Part shown: piece after piece, positions 1 to 8,818 of the stretch
Numbering within the stretch: position 1 is the first letter of the stretch
How the letters are laid out: the number at the start of each line of letters is the position of its first letter
Virus record (IMG/VR): IMGVR_UViG_3300042563_002443
Strand: one strand, 5' to 3'
Length of the DNA stretch: 64,000 nt
Source: a virus
The notes under the pieces: model-generated
The model's database searches: none
The model's input: only the letters and a program-made list of their open reading frames with translations
Told to the model about the DNA's origin: nothing
Made by a program: the position numbers and the translations under genes

Positions 1-57
1 GATATGCAATTAGCAGAGACATTGGATGCAGTAGCATCATTAACACGTAAGCGTAAA

Positions 58-78
58 TAATAACCCTAAAAAAAGAGA
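58..78 (+). repeat. 21-bp intergenic direct repeat, copy 1 (TAATAACCCTAAAAAAAGAGA)
   Basis: Identical to 300-320; both copies span a stop codon and lie just before ATGACAA starts. Confidence 0.85.
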
Positions 79-80
79 AC

Positions 81-302
81 ATGACAAAGAAAGAAATGAT
101 TGCCGCAATCCAATTAATTGAAGCTCAAGAATTTTTAAAGCTTAAAGAGTATGATAGCGAGTATGGATGGAAAGACGCATTAACTGATAGAGCTCGTATC
201 AGATTTGTAGCAGTATCTGACTTGATGGAATCATTGGGTATTAAACCGGACATAAAACTAAAGGAGTCGGAACAAGCATTGAACATAATATTAAACATGT
301 AA
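81..302 (+). CDS. hypothetical protein (73 aa)
   Basis: ORF between the two junction repeats. Confidence 0.7.
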   Translation: MTKKEMIAAIQLIEAQEFLKLKEYDSEYGWKDALTDRARIRFVAVSDLMESLGIKPDIKLKESEQALNIILNM

Positions 303-320
303 TAACCCTAAAAAAAGAGA
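300..320 (+). repeat. 21-bp intergenic direct repeat, copy 2
   Basis: Identical to 58-78. Confidence 0.85.
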
Positions 321-324
321 GACA

Positions 325-780
325 ATGACAAGAGACCAAAGAGAAGCTGCAAAGCAAAGATTATGGAATTTAGAATTAAGATTGAATGGCATCAATGCAT
401 TAACAGAGAATATGTCAGACAAAGGTGGCGCAGAGATTGCTAGCATACTTGAGGAGACGGCAGCAGAGATTGCTAGCATACTTAAGGAGACAGCAGCAGA
501 TGTAATTGCAGCAATTGCAAAAAACAAAGCAGCACTCACTGCAGCCATTAGCAAGAGGTTAAAAAACGATGAAGACACATCTGCATATGAAGCTGTAGAA
601 TCCTTAATCATTAAGACGGCTATTGAGGCAGGAGTACCTAAGAAGTATGCAGAGGATGCCCCGTGGATGGAAACTTATGCAGTACCGGGTGAAAGTACTG
701 TTAAGAGTGATCTTGAAGGACTTGAAGGAGAGCTTATTGATATGATTGATAATCCAAATTCAGAGGTGACATTCTATTAA
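325..780 (+). CDS. hypothetical helical protein with 11-aa tandem repeat
   Basis: AEIASILEETA/AEIASILKETA encoded by a 33-bp tandem repeat at 430-495; followed by a terminator. Confidence 0.75.
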   Translation: MTRDQREAAKQRLWNLELRLNGINALTENMSDKGGAEIASILEETAAEIASILKETAADVIAAIAKNKAALTAAISKRLKNDEDTSAYEAVESLIIKTAIEAGVPKKYAEDAPWMETYAVPGESTVKSDLEGLEGELIDMIDNPNSEVTFY

Positions 781-807
781 GTAACGTCACTAGGGTATAG
801 GGTTAAT

Positions 808-835
808 GGGGGGTGTAATAGCCCCCCTTTTTTTT
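808..835 (+). terminator. intrinsic terminator
   Basis: GGGGGG-tgtaatag-CCCCCC followed by T8. Confidence 0.8.
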
Positions 836-1097
836 ATGGGGTAGGGGGGTGGTGTATATGGGGGGATGCCCCCTTAAGAACAGGGGGGTGGGGTGGGTTT
901 CGTTATAGGGGTAGATGCCCCCATCTAGATAAGGAAGGTTATATATGCGTTTCTAGCGCTGAAGAAATTTTTGCGGGGGAAGTAGCCTCTTTATTGTATA
1001 TGCCATGGCATAGAGGCTATTATAATATATTAGTACGTCTCGGACCTGCCCTACGGTCAATCCTCACCTACGCCTTCACCATTATGCCATGTCCCCC
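836..1097. other. G-rich non-coding block with G-runs and inverted repeats
   Basis: Multiple G4-G6 runs, GGGGGATGCCCCC, and TAGCCTCT...AGAGGCTA enclosing the palindrome TATGCCATGGCATA, in an otherwise AT-rich genome. Confidence 0.7.
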
Positions 1098-1105
1098 ATA
1101 TTTAT
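1098..1105 (+). promoter_or_regulatory. putative late promoter box ATATTTAT
   Basis: Recurrent intergenic motif; 4 nt before ATG 1110. Confidence 0.6.
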
Positions 1106-1109
1106 CATT

Positions 1110-1658
1110 ATGATACGATTAAAAACCCTGTTAACGGAAATTACCTTAAGTGGTGTAGCACCATATGCCACCCAATTCGTCTGGCAAGAAACTGGCAGTG
1201 ATCGTAACGACATTGAATTTGTTGAGGCCCGTGTTACATGTGATGGTGTATTAATGGCATTCAATTTTGATAAACATTGGAGCAATAGTGACGAATTCAA
1301 TTGGGGATTCAGCATAATAGCAACAAGCACCGATACTGCCTCGGATCGATTCAGTTGGACCATATCACATGAACGAAGCGATGCAACCGGTAAAATATCA
1401 TATCTTCGGCTCATGAGCACGGCGCTTGAAGCTGTACTTGATTTTATTCGTATATACGATGTTACATCCATCGATGTTACCGGGTCTGATAATCTACCTG
1501 CAAAGGATGAACAAAAGACTAGAATATATCGAGCACTGCTTGCTGCTAACAAGGGAGAAATTACTACTGCTGGGTTTACGGTATTGGACCGAGCCGGCAA
1601 ATTGTGGCTTGTACGAAGAAGCAGAGCAGACTCAACAGGAATACGAGATACACCATGA
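1110..1658 (+). CDS. hypothetical protein with MIRLKTLLTE leader (putative capsid-internal protein)
   Basis: Start reassigned from 1089 to 1110 on the basis of the shared leader and the promoter box. Confidence 0.7.
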   Translation: MIRLKTLLTEITLSGVAPYATQFVWQETGSDRNDIEFVEARVTCDGVLMAFNFDKHWSNSDEFNWGFSIIATSTDTASDRFSWTISHERSDATGKISYLRLMSTALEAVLDFIRIYDVTSIDVTGSDNLPAKDEQKTRIYRALLAANKGEITTAGFTVLDRAGKLWLVRRSRADSTGIRDTP

Positions 1659-2227
1659 TTAAGCTTAAAGCCTTGTTAACGGAAATGCCCATACACAAAC
1701 TAGTATATGGTCAAATTGGTGCAACGGATCGCATCATCATGTCCGCGGAACCCACAATAACACCACGTGATACCATGCAACCCATTAAAGCTGCATGGAA
1801 GCCTAGAGGGCTTTGGTATGCAATTGGTACGGAGTGGATTGATTGGACACGTGATAACATGCCCGAATGGGAGACGGATTATGCACACCGTGCACTAGTA
1901 GATACATCTAAGATTCTGCGTTTAGGACATGACATGACCATACAAGAATTTGAAAACCTGTTTGGAGCAGAATATGCAACCATTGAAACTGCACCGGTAT
2001 GTCTTGCTATCCATTGGCAGAAAGTTAAAGCATATAAAGGCGCCAAATATGCTGGTATCGAAGTTGTGCATCCATGGGGCGGCATAGGAAGCTGGCTGCG
2101 CACTTGGGACATTTCGAGTGGGTGCATATGGAATCCTGCAGCCATCAAGTCAATCGACATGATCACACTTACAAAAACGCCGGCTACCACTGACGGTATT
2201 GATACACCCGATGATCCGCACATGTAA
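1655..2227 (+). CDS. putative ADP-ribosyltransferase-like protein with MIKLKALLTE leader
   Basis: ATGA overlap with the upstream stop; KPRGLWYA, YAGIEV and GCIWNPAAIKSI resemble the ART-fold GxYx(S/T)...GYDGI...VF.P.QIK pattern; function is inferred. Confidence 0.45.
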   Translation: MIKLKALLTEMPIHKLVYGQIGATDRIIMSAEPTITPRDTMQPIKAAWKPRGLWYAIGTEWIDWTRDNMPEWETDYAHRALVDTSKILRLGHDMTIQEFENLFGAEYATIETAPVCLAIHWQKVKAYKGAKYAGIEVVHPWGGIGSWLRTWDISSGCIWNPAAIKSIDMITLTKTPATTDGIDTPDDPHM

Positions 2228-2305
2228 CTTGTGCGGTCCTGGAAGGACGCACTTAGACTCAAGCAACTTGCGTTCTACAACGTACTAATGTTTTGATATC
2301 AAGTT

Positions 2306-2313
2306 ATATTTAT
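2306..2313 (+). promoter_or_regulatory. putative late promoter box ATATTTAT
   Basis: Followed by AAGGA and ATG 2334. Confidence 0.65.
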
Positions 2314-2333
2314 TGTTATAAAACAAGGAAACC

Positions 2334-2861
2334 ATGATAAAATTAAAAAACATATTAAGTGAAGCATATGCTTGGGAACGTCAAACCGGAAAAGCTTTAC
2401 CTACGTTAGCAGAAGTTCAAGCAGCATATCAAGCAAAAATGCGAGAAGATGCTAACCTAGATCCAGAAGATGATGATCACGAGTATACAGATGACGCAGA
2501 TCTGCCAGAACCATATGATCCGGATGAAGATGACATGTTTGAATCAGCTAAACCTGATTTTTTAGATTTAGATAACGACAACAATAAAACGGAGCCAATG
2601 AAAAAAGCGGCTGCTGATTCTACTGCTGATGGAAACTATGTTAATAAATCTCGAGCAAAAGCACATTTAACTAAGAAAGACTGCACTGTATATGGTATTG
2701 ATGGTTCTGGTAAAGGACATGAAATAACTAGTGCATCGGGTCTAGACAAATACACAAAATTTACAGTTAAATCTAAATCTGTAAAAGAATCATTAAATTC
2801 TAGAATTTTAAATAATCTACGAGGTTCAGAATATATTTTATCAGAAACATTTAAAAAGTAA
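2334..2861 (+). CDS. acidic protein with MIKLKNILSE leader (putative head-internal protein)
   Basis: Shared leader; acidic tract; KPDFLDLDNDNNKTEPMKKA DxDxD-like motif; AAGGA SD. Confidence 0.7.
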   Translation: MIKLKNILSEAYAWERQTGKALPTLAEVQAAYQAKMREDANLDPEDDDHEYTDDADLPEPYDPDEDDMFESAKPDFLDLDNDNNKTEPMKKAAADSTADGNYVNKSRAKAHLTKKDCTVYGIDGSGKGHEITSASGLDKYTKFTVKSKSVKESLNSRILNNLRGSEYILSETFKK

Positions 2862-2865
2862 TATT

Positions 2866-3240
2866 ATGTTTGAAAAATTAATATCGACGCTAATGGCGTC
2901 TAGAGACCAAGCACATGTTTTCCATTGGCAAACAATTGGTGCAGGTTCATTTGCTATGCATACAGCGCTAAATGCATATTATGATGCAATTCCAGGATTA
3001 ACTGATGTATTAGTTGAATCATATCAAGGAAAGCATGGCATTGTTAGAGGATATACTCCAGCTGAACAATTTGATGAATTTGATAAAACAACTGTTATTA
3101 AATACTTTAAAGGTTTATCAATGTATGTAGAACGTGCTTATGATAAATTAGATGCAAAAGATACTTACATATTAAATCAACTTGACAATGTTAAAGAATT
3201 GATTTATTCAACAATTTACAAGCTAGAAAATTTACAATAA
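2866..3240 (+). CDS. ferritin/Dps-like protein (DUF5856-like)
   Basis: AHVFHWQT...HTALNAYYD...DVLVESYQG four-helix metal-ligand pattern. Confidence 0.75.
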   Translation: MFEKLISTLMASRDQAHVFHWQTIGAGSFAMHTALNAYYDAIPGLTDVLVESYQGKHGIVRGYTPAEQFDEFDKTTVIKYFKGLSMYVERAYDKLDAKDTYILNQLDNVKELIYSTIYKLENLQ

Positions 3241-3272
3241 TAAAAAGCGTCTGCTACCTTAGACGGTATAGG

Positions 3273-3309
3273 AAAAACTCGGGGTGTAATGTCCCGGGTT
3301 TTTTTACTG
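3273..3309 (+). terminator. intrinsic terminator with TTTTACTG tail
   Basis: AAAAACTCGGGG...TCCCGGGTTTTTTTACTG. Confidence 0.8.
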
Positions 3310-3325
3310 TTTAATATTTATTAAT

Positions 3326-3448
3326 ATGATGAATAGGTTATTTGCTTTTATTGCGGGATCATTAATGATGATGGTAGCTGGGTTATATTGTATAACAATT
3401 GAAATGTTTTTAATATTAAAGGGTAACAATGTCAAAAGTAAAAGTTAA
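3326..3448 (+). CDS. small hydrophobic membrane peptide (40 aa; not in ORF track)
   Basis: MMNRLFAFIAGSLMMMVAGLYCITIEMFLILKGNNVKSKS; ATATTTAT box at 3314-3321. Confidence 0.45.
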   Translation: MMNRLFAFIAGSLMMMVAGLYCITIEMFLILKGNNVKSKS

Positions 3449-3572
3449 TGTAGCAAAAACTCATTTAGCAAAACCAAAAGTTAAACGACCTGGAGTTCAT
3501 GCTAAAACAAAAATTAGTAGAAGTAAAAATGCAACTAATTATGTAAAGTCTTATATAGCACAAGGAAAATGA
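3429..3572 (+). CDS. small basic protein (47 aa; not in ORF track)
   Basis: MSKVKVNVAKTHLAKPKVKRPGVHAKTKISRSKNATNYVKSYIAQGK; stop overlaps the next ATG (ATGA). Confidence 0.65.
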   Translation: MSKVKVNVAKTHLAKPKVKRPGVHAKTKISRSKNATNYVKSYIAQGK

Positions 3573-4807
3573 TAAAATTAAAACATATATTAACAGAGGC
3601 GACTGACAATTTGCTGCAAACATTTCCTATAGGATCTAAAAATTTCAATATTGGATATGATTCATCAATGAAAGATCCTGAAACGGGTCTTAATCGCGAT
3701 ACTGTTATTCAGAATTCTGATTACGGAGATGGCGATGCTGCTCATAGATCGCGAGGCGGCCATTTAGGCATTGATATTTTTGCGCCAAACGGTGAACCCG
3801 TAGTAGCACCAGTTACTGGTATAGTAATTAAGTCATCTAATCAAGACCGTGGTGCAGGAGGCAAATTTGTTACTATTGATAAAAATGGAATTAGTTTTTA
3901 TCACGCACATTTAGATCAAACATATGTTGAAGACGGTCAAGAGGTAAAAGCTGGCCAATTAATTGGAACATGCGGCAATACAGGAAATGCAGCTGGCACA
4001 CATCCACATGTACATTTTAGTATATTTCGTACAAAAGAAGGATATAGTCGTGGATCTATTAATCCATGGCCTAGTTTGCAAAATGTAATGTATAATGTAA
4101 CAAAATCAGATAAAAATTTAGATGTTTTACATAAAAAATTGCAAAAATTAGGATTTGATTTAGGCAATGAGCAAAAATTTGGTATTAATGGGCCTAAAAC
4201 TCAAACTGCATTGATTAAATTAAATAAAACATACGATCAAAAACAGCAAACAGGCGGACTTACTAGCAAAATTGCATCATTTTTGTCAAGTATTATTAAT
4301 TCTGATATTGCACAATCAGTATTAGGCAATAACAAATCAAAAGATAAGTCAAGCATACAAAATAATGATGTTGCAACCACCGATATGCCATCGCGTGTTA
4401 TTTCATTCTTAAAAAATAAAGGTTTAACTACATCGCAAGCATCAGGAATTGCTGGTAATATGGCAGTTGAGTCCGGATTCGAACCTGATGCAGTTGGCGA
4501 TAATGGCACTTCATATGGATTAGTGCAATGGCACGCTGATAGATGGACTAAATTAAAACAATATTGTGCTAAAAATGATTACGATGTATCGTCTGTTAGC
4601 GGACAATTGGAATATTTATGGTATGAATTAAAATCTAACTCTAGATTAGGATATGCTGAATTGATCAAACAAACAAATCCAAGAGATGCAGCGGAAATAT
4701 TTGCTAAATATTTTGAGAGACCCGCTAATATTTCAGTAAAGCGCATGGATAATGCAGAAAACTATTATAACGAATATACAAAAAATGCAGCAGACAAAAT
4801 TGCATAA
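3569..4807 (+). CDS. peptidoglycan hydrolase: M23 peptidase + PG-binding-like linker + phage tail-lysozyme domain, with MIKLKHILTE leader
   Basis: HLGID and HPHVHF M23 zinc motifs; LQKLGFDLG...GINGPKT; GIAGNMAVESG...GLVQW...FERP lysozyme motifs. Confidence 0.85.
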   Translation: MIKLKHILTEATDNLLQTFPIGSKNFNIGYDSSMKDPETGLNRDTVIQNSDYGDGDAAHRSRGGHLGIDIFAPNGEPVVAPVTGIVIKSSNQDRGAGGKFVTIDKNGISFYHAHLDQTYVEDGQEVKAGQLIGTCGNTGNAAGTHPHVHFSIFRTKEGYSRGSINPWPSLQNVMYNVTKSDKNLDVLHKKLQKLGFDLGNEQKFGINGPKTQTALIKLNKTYDQKQQTGGLTSKIASFLSSIINSDIAQSVLGNNKSKDKSSIQNNDVATTDMPSRVISFLKNKGLTTSQASGIAGNMAVESGFEPDAVGDNGTSYGLVQWHADRWTKLKQYCAKNDYDVSSVSGQLEYLWYELKSNSRLGYAELIKQTNPRDAAEIFAKYFERPANISVKRMDNAENYYNEYTKNAADKIA

Positions 4808-4818
4808 CAAAGGAAACA

Positions 4819-5343
4819 ATGAATTTATTTAATATTAACAATCCAAAACACAAACAAATTTTGCGTGAAGAACTAGCACGTGCTAAACGCATTTTACGCG
4901 AAGGTTACTCGGCTGATATAATTTGGGATAAGATGACCAAAGAAGATCGCGAAACTGCATTATACGTTGCCAAAGCAACTAATCCTGAACAATTAATTGA
5001 CATAACATGGGATGAAGTTCCTGCAGATATTCAAGATTTAATTGATCTATCAGACTTTGAACTTGCAAAAGATGATCGAGAGGGTAGAAATTTATTAAGT
5101 GGTATTGATACTGCATTAAAAACTCCCGGGAACAAACAATTTGCAGACAAATTTTTAAAAAAAATAGGTCGCACTTCTTTGCGAGATATTACAATAAAAC
5201 AAGCAACTCAATTGAATCTAGGAATAGGGCAATATATTGCTAGCAAAAATAAAAATTCCGGCATCGATGTTACCAATATTGATTGGAAAGATTATGATGG
5301 TACACCAAATACAAGAGATTGGCGCGGCGGCCGCATAAGTTAG
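4819..5343 (+). CDS. hypothetical protein
   Basis: 174-aa ORF with AAGGA SD; ILRE motifs near the N-terminus. Confidence 0.7.
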   Translation: MNLFNINNPKHKQILREELARAKRILREGYSADIIWDKMTKEDRETALYVAKATNPEQLIDITWDEVPADIQDLIDLSDFELAKDDREGRNLLSGIDTALKTPGNKQFADKFLKKIGRTSLRDITIKQATQLNLGIGQYIASKNKNSGIDVTNIDWKDYDGTPNTRDWRGGRIS

Positions 5344-5344
5344 T

Positions 5345-5563
5345 ATGATTTGGTATAGAAACTATAATGCTATGAATAATTTAAATTTTATTTTGTTGAA
5401 TGTAACTGATAAAAATGCAAATATTATTCCAATGTATGTAAATAAAAATCATATAGTAAGAATATGGGAACGAGATACCAAAATTATAATTGAACTAACA
5501 GATTATACAGAATTAGAAATTTGCAACGAGAACATAAACATATTTATGGACCGTTTTATGTAA
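5345..5563 (+). CDS. small hypothetical protein
   Basis: ORF fills the gap between neighbours. Confidence 0.55.
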   Translation: MIWYRNYNAMNNLNFILLNVTDKNANIIPMYVNKNHIVRIWERDTKIIIELTDYTELEICNENINIFMDRFM

Positions 5564-5598
5564 TGCAAATATTTATATATAAATAAAAAAAGGTTAAT

Positions 5599-5784
5599 AT
5601 GACATCACAAGAAATTTATGAAGCAATGGAAGCACATTGGTTAACATTTAAAGAAAACCATGATCGTTTTCAAGAAAAACAAGTTAAAGCTGCAGGCGTT
5701 AGAGCTAGAAAATCAATTAATGAATTGAAAAAACTAGTTAGCAAATATCGTTCAACACAATTAGCTGAAGCAAAAGCCGCATAA
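5599..5784 (+). CDS. histone H1-like (Hc1-family, Bacteroidota-type) small DNA-binding protein
   Basis: KAAGVRARKSINELKKL matches the KAAGxRARK family motif; late box at 5569-5576. Confidence 0.7.
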   Translation: MTSQEIYEAMEAHWLTFKENHDRFQEKQVKAAGVRARKSINELKKLVSKYRSTQLAEAKAA

Positions 5785-7259
5785 TGAAAAAACTAGAATA
5801 TATAATTAAACATGCATTAAAAAGTCTTAAGGAACAGGCAGAGCCCGTTGCAAAAGAAACTGATAATGCAAAATCAGACGCTGAAGACTCACCATTCACT
5901 CCAGCAGAAGAGAAATTTCTCGGAAAGTTTGATGCATATGGGACAACCCATATTGGAATTATATATTCACTATCAGATATTGGTATTAGGGAATTTATAA
6001 CGCGAAGCGGCGCAGATCTTAATATTAGTCCTGATATTTTAATTAGTTTATTGCGCAAAAAAACAATTAAATTGGTTCCTTATACCGGATGGGGCAGAAA
6101 CAATGATTATACAATTGAATTGCAATTATCATTGGATGATGTTAAAGGATTAGGAGCACAAGATAAAGCAAAAGTAGAAACAGGAAGTACTGCAAGTGGT
6201 GCCGCTTCATCACCTTCAGCAACACCTGAGCCACCAATACCCGGGCCTGAAGTTTCATGGGTTATTCCGTACGGTGAATTAATCAAAGAATCTACAACAA
6301 TTGCAAAACAATTAATTGTTGAAAAGTCTAAAAAGAAAAGTCCTGATGCAACCATATATGTTGATAAGTCTCGCATATTAAAACGATTGCCTAAGGGATA
6401 TATAACCCAATTAGAACGCATTATCGATATGATGGGCAAACGCGCACATACCGCACACGAAAAACAGCGATTGGTTGCTGACATTCTTGACAACTTAGCA
6501 GTTAACTTGAATTTAACAGATAAACAAATACGCAAATCTTTTGAATTTTATAAAAATCAAAACAAACTTAAATCAGTTATTGATGATTTAAATGAAAATA
6601 CAAATTTAATGTTAGAATCATATGTAATTGTAGAATCAACAGAACATATAGATTATTTAACAAAAAAAGGATTTGCTCCATATATTAATAATGCATTTGC
6701 GTTTTGGAATAAAATGCCCGGAGCAATTGATAACGGCATGGTCATGACAAATTATTCGGAAGATGTATTTTTCAAAGTTATTAATACATATTTAATTAAC
6801 AGTAATGTTGCAGACAAACGAAAACAAGCAATTACAATTGATGCAATAGCTTATATTAATCAACAAGCCGGCAAATTACAAGGACAAGGATTTAATCAAT
6901 CTGCTAAGGATTTTTGTAAAGACTGGTTTGAAGAATGGTATTTTTTAGAAATACCATTAATGGTTGCTGGCCAAAGTATTGCTACGTTTGATCAACTGCT
7001 TAATTGTGAGTTAATATATAATTATGTTATAAAATCTTCAACTGATTATGATTCTACTAAACAAACAAAAGCCTTAAAGGATTCATTAAATAAATTGCGT
7101 ATCGGGTATTTAGAAATATCAGATTTACAAACCGGCGCCGGCAAGGATCCATTTTATCCAACATATAATACATCAGATATTCAAAAACTAGTCGCTGAAC
7201 TATTAGCTCCATATAAATCAAAAGTCGCAAAAAATGTTGTAAGACATAAAACGTTATAA
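5784..7259 (+). CDS. hypothetical protein (491 aa, possible virion protein)
   Basis: Long ORF with a Pro/Ser linker and several (L/I)xE sites. Confidence 0.75.
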   Translation: MKKLEYIIKHALKSLKEQAEPVAKETDNAKSDAEDSPFTPAEEKFLGKFDAYGTTHIGIIYSLSDIGIREFITRSGADLNISPDILISLLRKKTIKLVPYTGWGRNNDYTIELQLSLDDVKGLGAQDKAKVETGSTASGAASSPSATPEPPIPGPEVSWVIPYGELIKESTTIAKQLIVEKSKKKSPDATIYVDKSRILKRLPKGYITQLERIIDMMGKRAHTAHEKQRLVADILDNLAVNLNLTDKQIRKSFEFYKNQNKLKSVIDDLNENTNLMLESYVIVESTEHIDYLTKKGFAPYINNAFAFWNKMPGAIDNGMVMTNYSEDVFFKVINTYLINSNVADKRKQAITIDAIAYINQQAGKLQGQGFNQSAKDFCKDWFEEWYFLEIPLMVAGQSIATFDQLLNCELIYNYVIKSSTDYDSTKQTKALKDSLNKLRIGYLEISDLQTGAGKDPFYPTYNTSDIQKLVAELLAPYKSKVAKNVVRHKTL

Positions 7260-7299
7260 CTTTTAAATTAAAAAATAATGCGATAGGTAGCATACTATA

Positions 7300-7328
7300 T
7301 TGGAATTACAAATAATTTTTCTTATAAT
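7300..7328 (+). promoter_or_regulatory. sigma70-like promoter TTGGAA-N17-TATAAT
   Basis: Exact 17-bp spacer; heads the accessory cluster 7365-10410. Confidence 0.7.
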
Positions 7329-7364
7329 ATCAATAAGTTATAATAATTAAAAACAAATAAAAAA

Positions 7365-7574
7365 ATGAGTTATTACACAGCAAAAGTCCAACTAACGGAC
7401 GAAGTAGACACTCCTAAGGGTGTAAAAATCAAAAAAACTACAGAAACATATCTTGTAGAAGCATTATCGGTAACAGAAGCCGAAGCTAAAGTTATTAAAG
7501 ATTTTACCGGGTACATGTTTGATTTTGAAGTAAAATCAGTGAATGCCAGTAAAATTGTTAAAATTTTAGAATAA
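7365..7574 (+). CDS. DUF4494-like protein (Bacteroidota family)
   Basis: KKTTETYLVEALSVTEAEAKV...FEVKSV motif. Confidence 0.7.
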   Translation: MSYYTAKVQLTDEVDTPKGVKIKKTTETYLVEALSVTEAEAKVIKDFTGYMFDFEVKSVNASKIVKILE

Positions 7575-7873
7575 TGGGATATGTAGAAGGAAACACGGTA
7601 ATTGTCACAACAGAAGGCAAAAACCAAGTAGCAGTCGTATTAGATCGACGAGTTATCAATAAAGTATCCGTATACGATGTTTTATTAGAAAGTCGCACAG
7701 CACTAGTTATGATGACTACTAATTCTAGCAATAGAAACTATATCAATAAATTATTAACTGCAAAGCTTTGTGATACGGATGCAATTCAAACAACTATTCC
7801 ATACAAGGAATTGGTAGCAAATGATTTGATTCCACATCTAGATGCAAATTCAGCAGGTAAAGCTTCTTGGTAA
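7574..7873 (+). CDS. hypothetical protein
   Basis: Translationally coupled ORF (TAATG). Confidence 0.7.
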   Translation: MGYVEGNTVIVTTEGKNQVAVVLDRRVINKVSVYDVLLESRTALVMMTTNSSNRNYINKLLTAKLCDTDAIQTTIPYKELVANDLIPHLDANSAGKASW

Positions 7874-8160
7874 TGAAATCTATTGATTCTATACAAAAAC
7901 ATGTTAATAAATATTATCCTGGGGCGATGCTTAATATGTCGCCTAAGGGTCAATATTATGTAGGGTGGCACGATCAAAATTTAAATGACATATTTCTATT
8001 TGACGATTGTGATACAATAGAAGAAGCATGGAATAATGCACTTTTAACTATGCGCACCGAACGTAACATGAACCGTACACATCCTTTAAAGAAAATGATG
8101 TCGGACGAAAAAAAAATGCAAAATAAAGAACGTATTGCTAATCGAATTCATAAACGATAA
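7873..8160 (+). CDS. hypothetical protein
   Basis: TAATG coupling; ATG at 7873. Confidence 0.7.
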   Translation: MKSIDSIQKHVNKYYPGAMLNMSPKGQYYVGWHDQNLNDIFLFDDCDTIEEAWNNALLTMRTERNMNRTHPLKKMMSDEKKMQNKERIANRIHKR

Positions 8161-8816
8161 TGGAACAACAAAACTTACAAGACAAAATTTTAGGTATCAT
8201 TGATACCGCAACGGAAGAAAAACAGCGTTGGGATGAATTAACACCAACAGACCCGGATTACATGATGCATAGTCCAAAATCAGTTGGCTATCATGAAACA
8301 AATGAACAATTGTATTTGTTCCAAAATTTACTAGTAGGATTCACTCCTTCGCAATCTATTTTAGATATAGGAAGTGGTCGTGGTGATATGTGTAATTTCA
8401 TCACGGAATTTTTTGGAGAACCAGCACCATGGACAGGAATTGATCATAATCCAATCATGGCTGATCTAGCTAAAGAAAAATATGGCTATGATACAACCAT
8501 CGGAGCATTTGAAACCGCAAAATTAAACAAACATGATTGGGTAGTAGCATCAGGAGTCTTTACTCAACGAAGATGTGAAACTGAAGACAAAGATTTGCAA
8601 AAGCTATTTGATGATATTGATATCATGTATGAGGCATCTAATACAGTAGTAGCATTTAATTTATTATCGCCTATAGGCACCAAACACCACGAAGGCTTTT
8701 TTTATGTACATCCAGGACTTATGATGGACCTGCTTATTGAAAAGTATCGATATGTGACAGTCCGACACAATTATTCAAAAGACGTATATACAATATTAAT
8801 TTATAAATTCCAATAA
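8160..8816 (+). CDS. class I SAM-dependent methyltransferase
   Basis: Motif I SILDIGSGRG, motif II TGID, DWVVASGVF. Confidence 0.85.
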   Translation: MEQQNLQDKILGIIDTATEEKQRWDELTPTDPDYMMHSPKSVGYHETNEQLYLFQNLLVGFTPSQSILDIGSGRGDMCNFITEFFGEPAPWTGIDHNPIMADLAKEKYGYDTTIGAFETAKLNKHDWVVASGVFTQRRCETEDKDLQKLFDDIDIMYEASNTVVAFNLLSPIGTKHHEGFFYVHPGLMMDLLIEKYRYVTVRHNYSKDVYTILIYKFQ

Positions 8817-8818
8817 CA

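Noticed and set aside
2231-2252. GC-rich hairpin GTGCGGTCC-tggaa-GGACGCAC after ORF 1655-2227
   Set aside because: No U-tract and a single instance; insufficient to call a terminator or ncRNA
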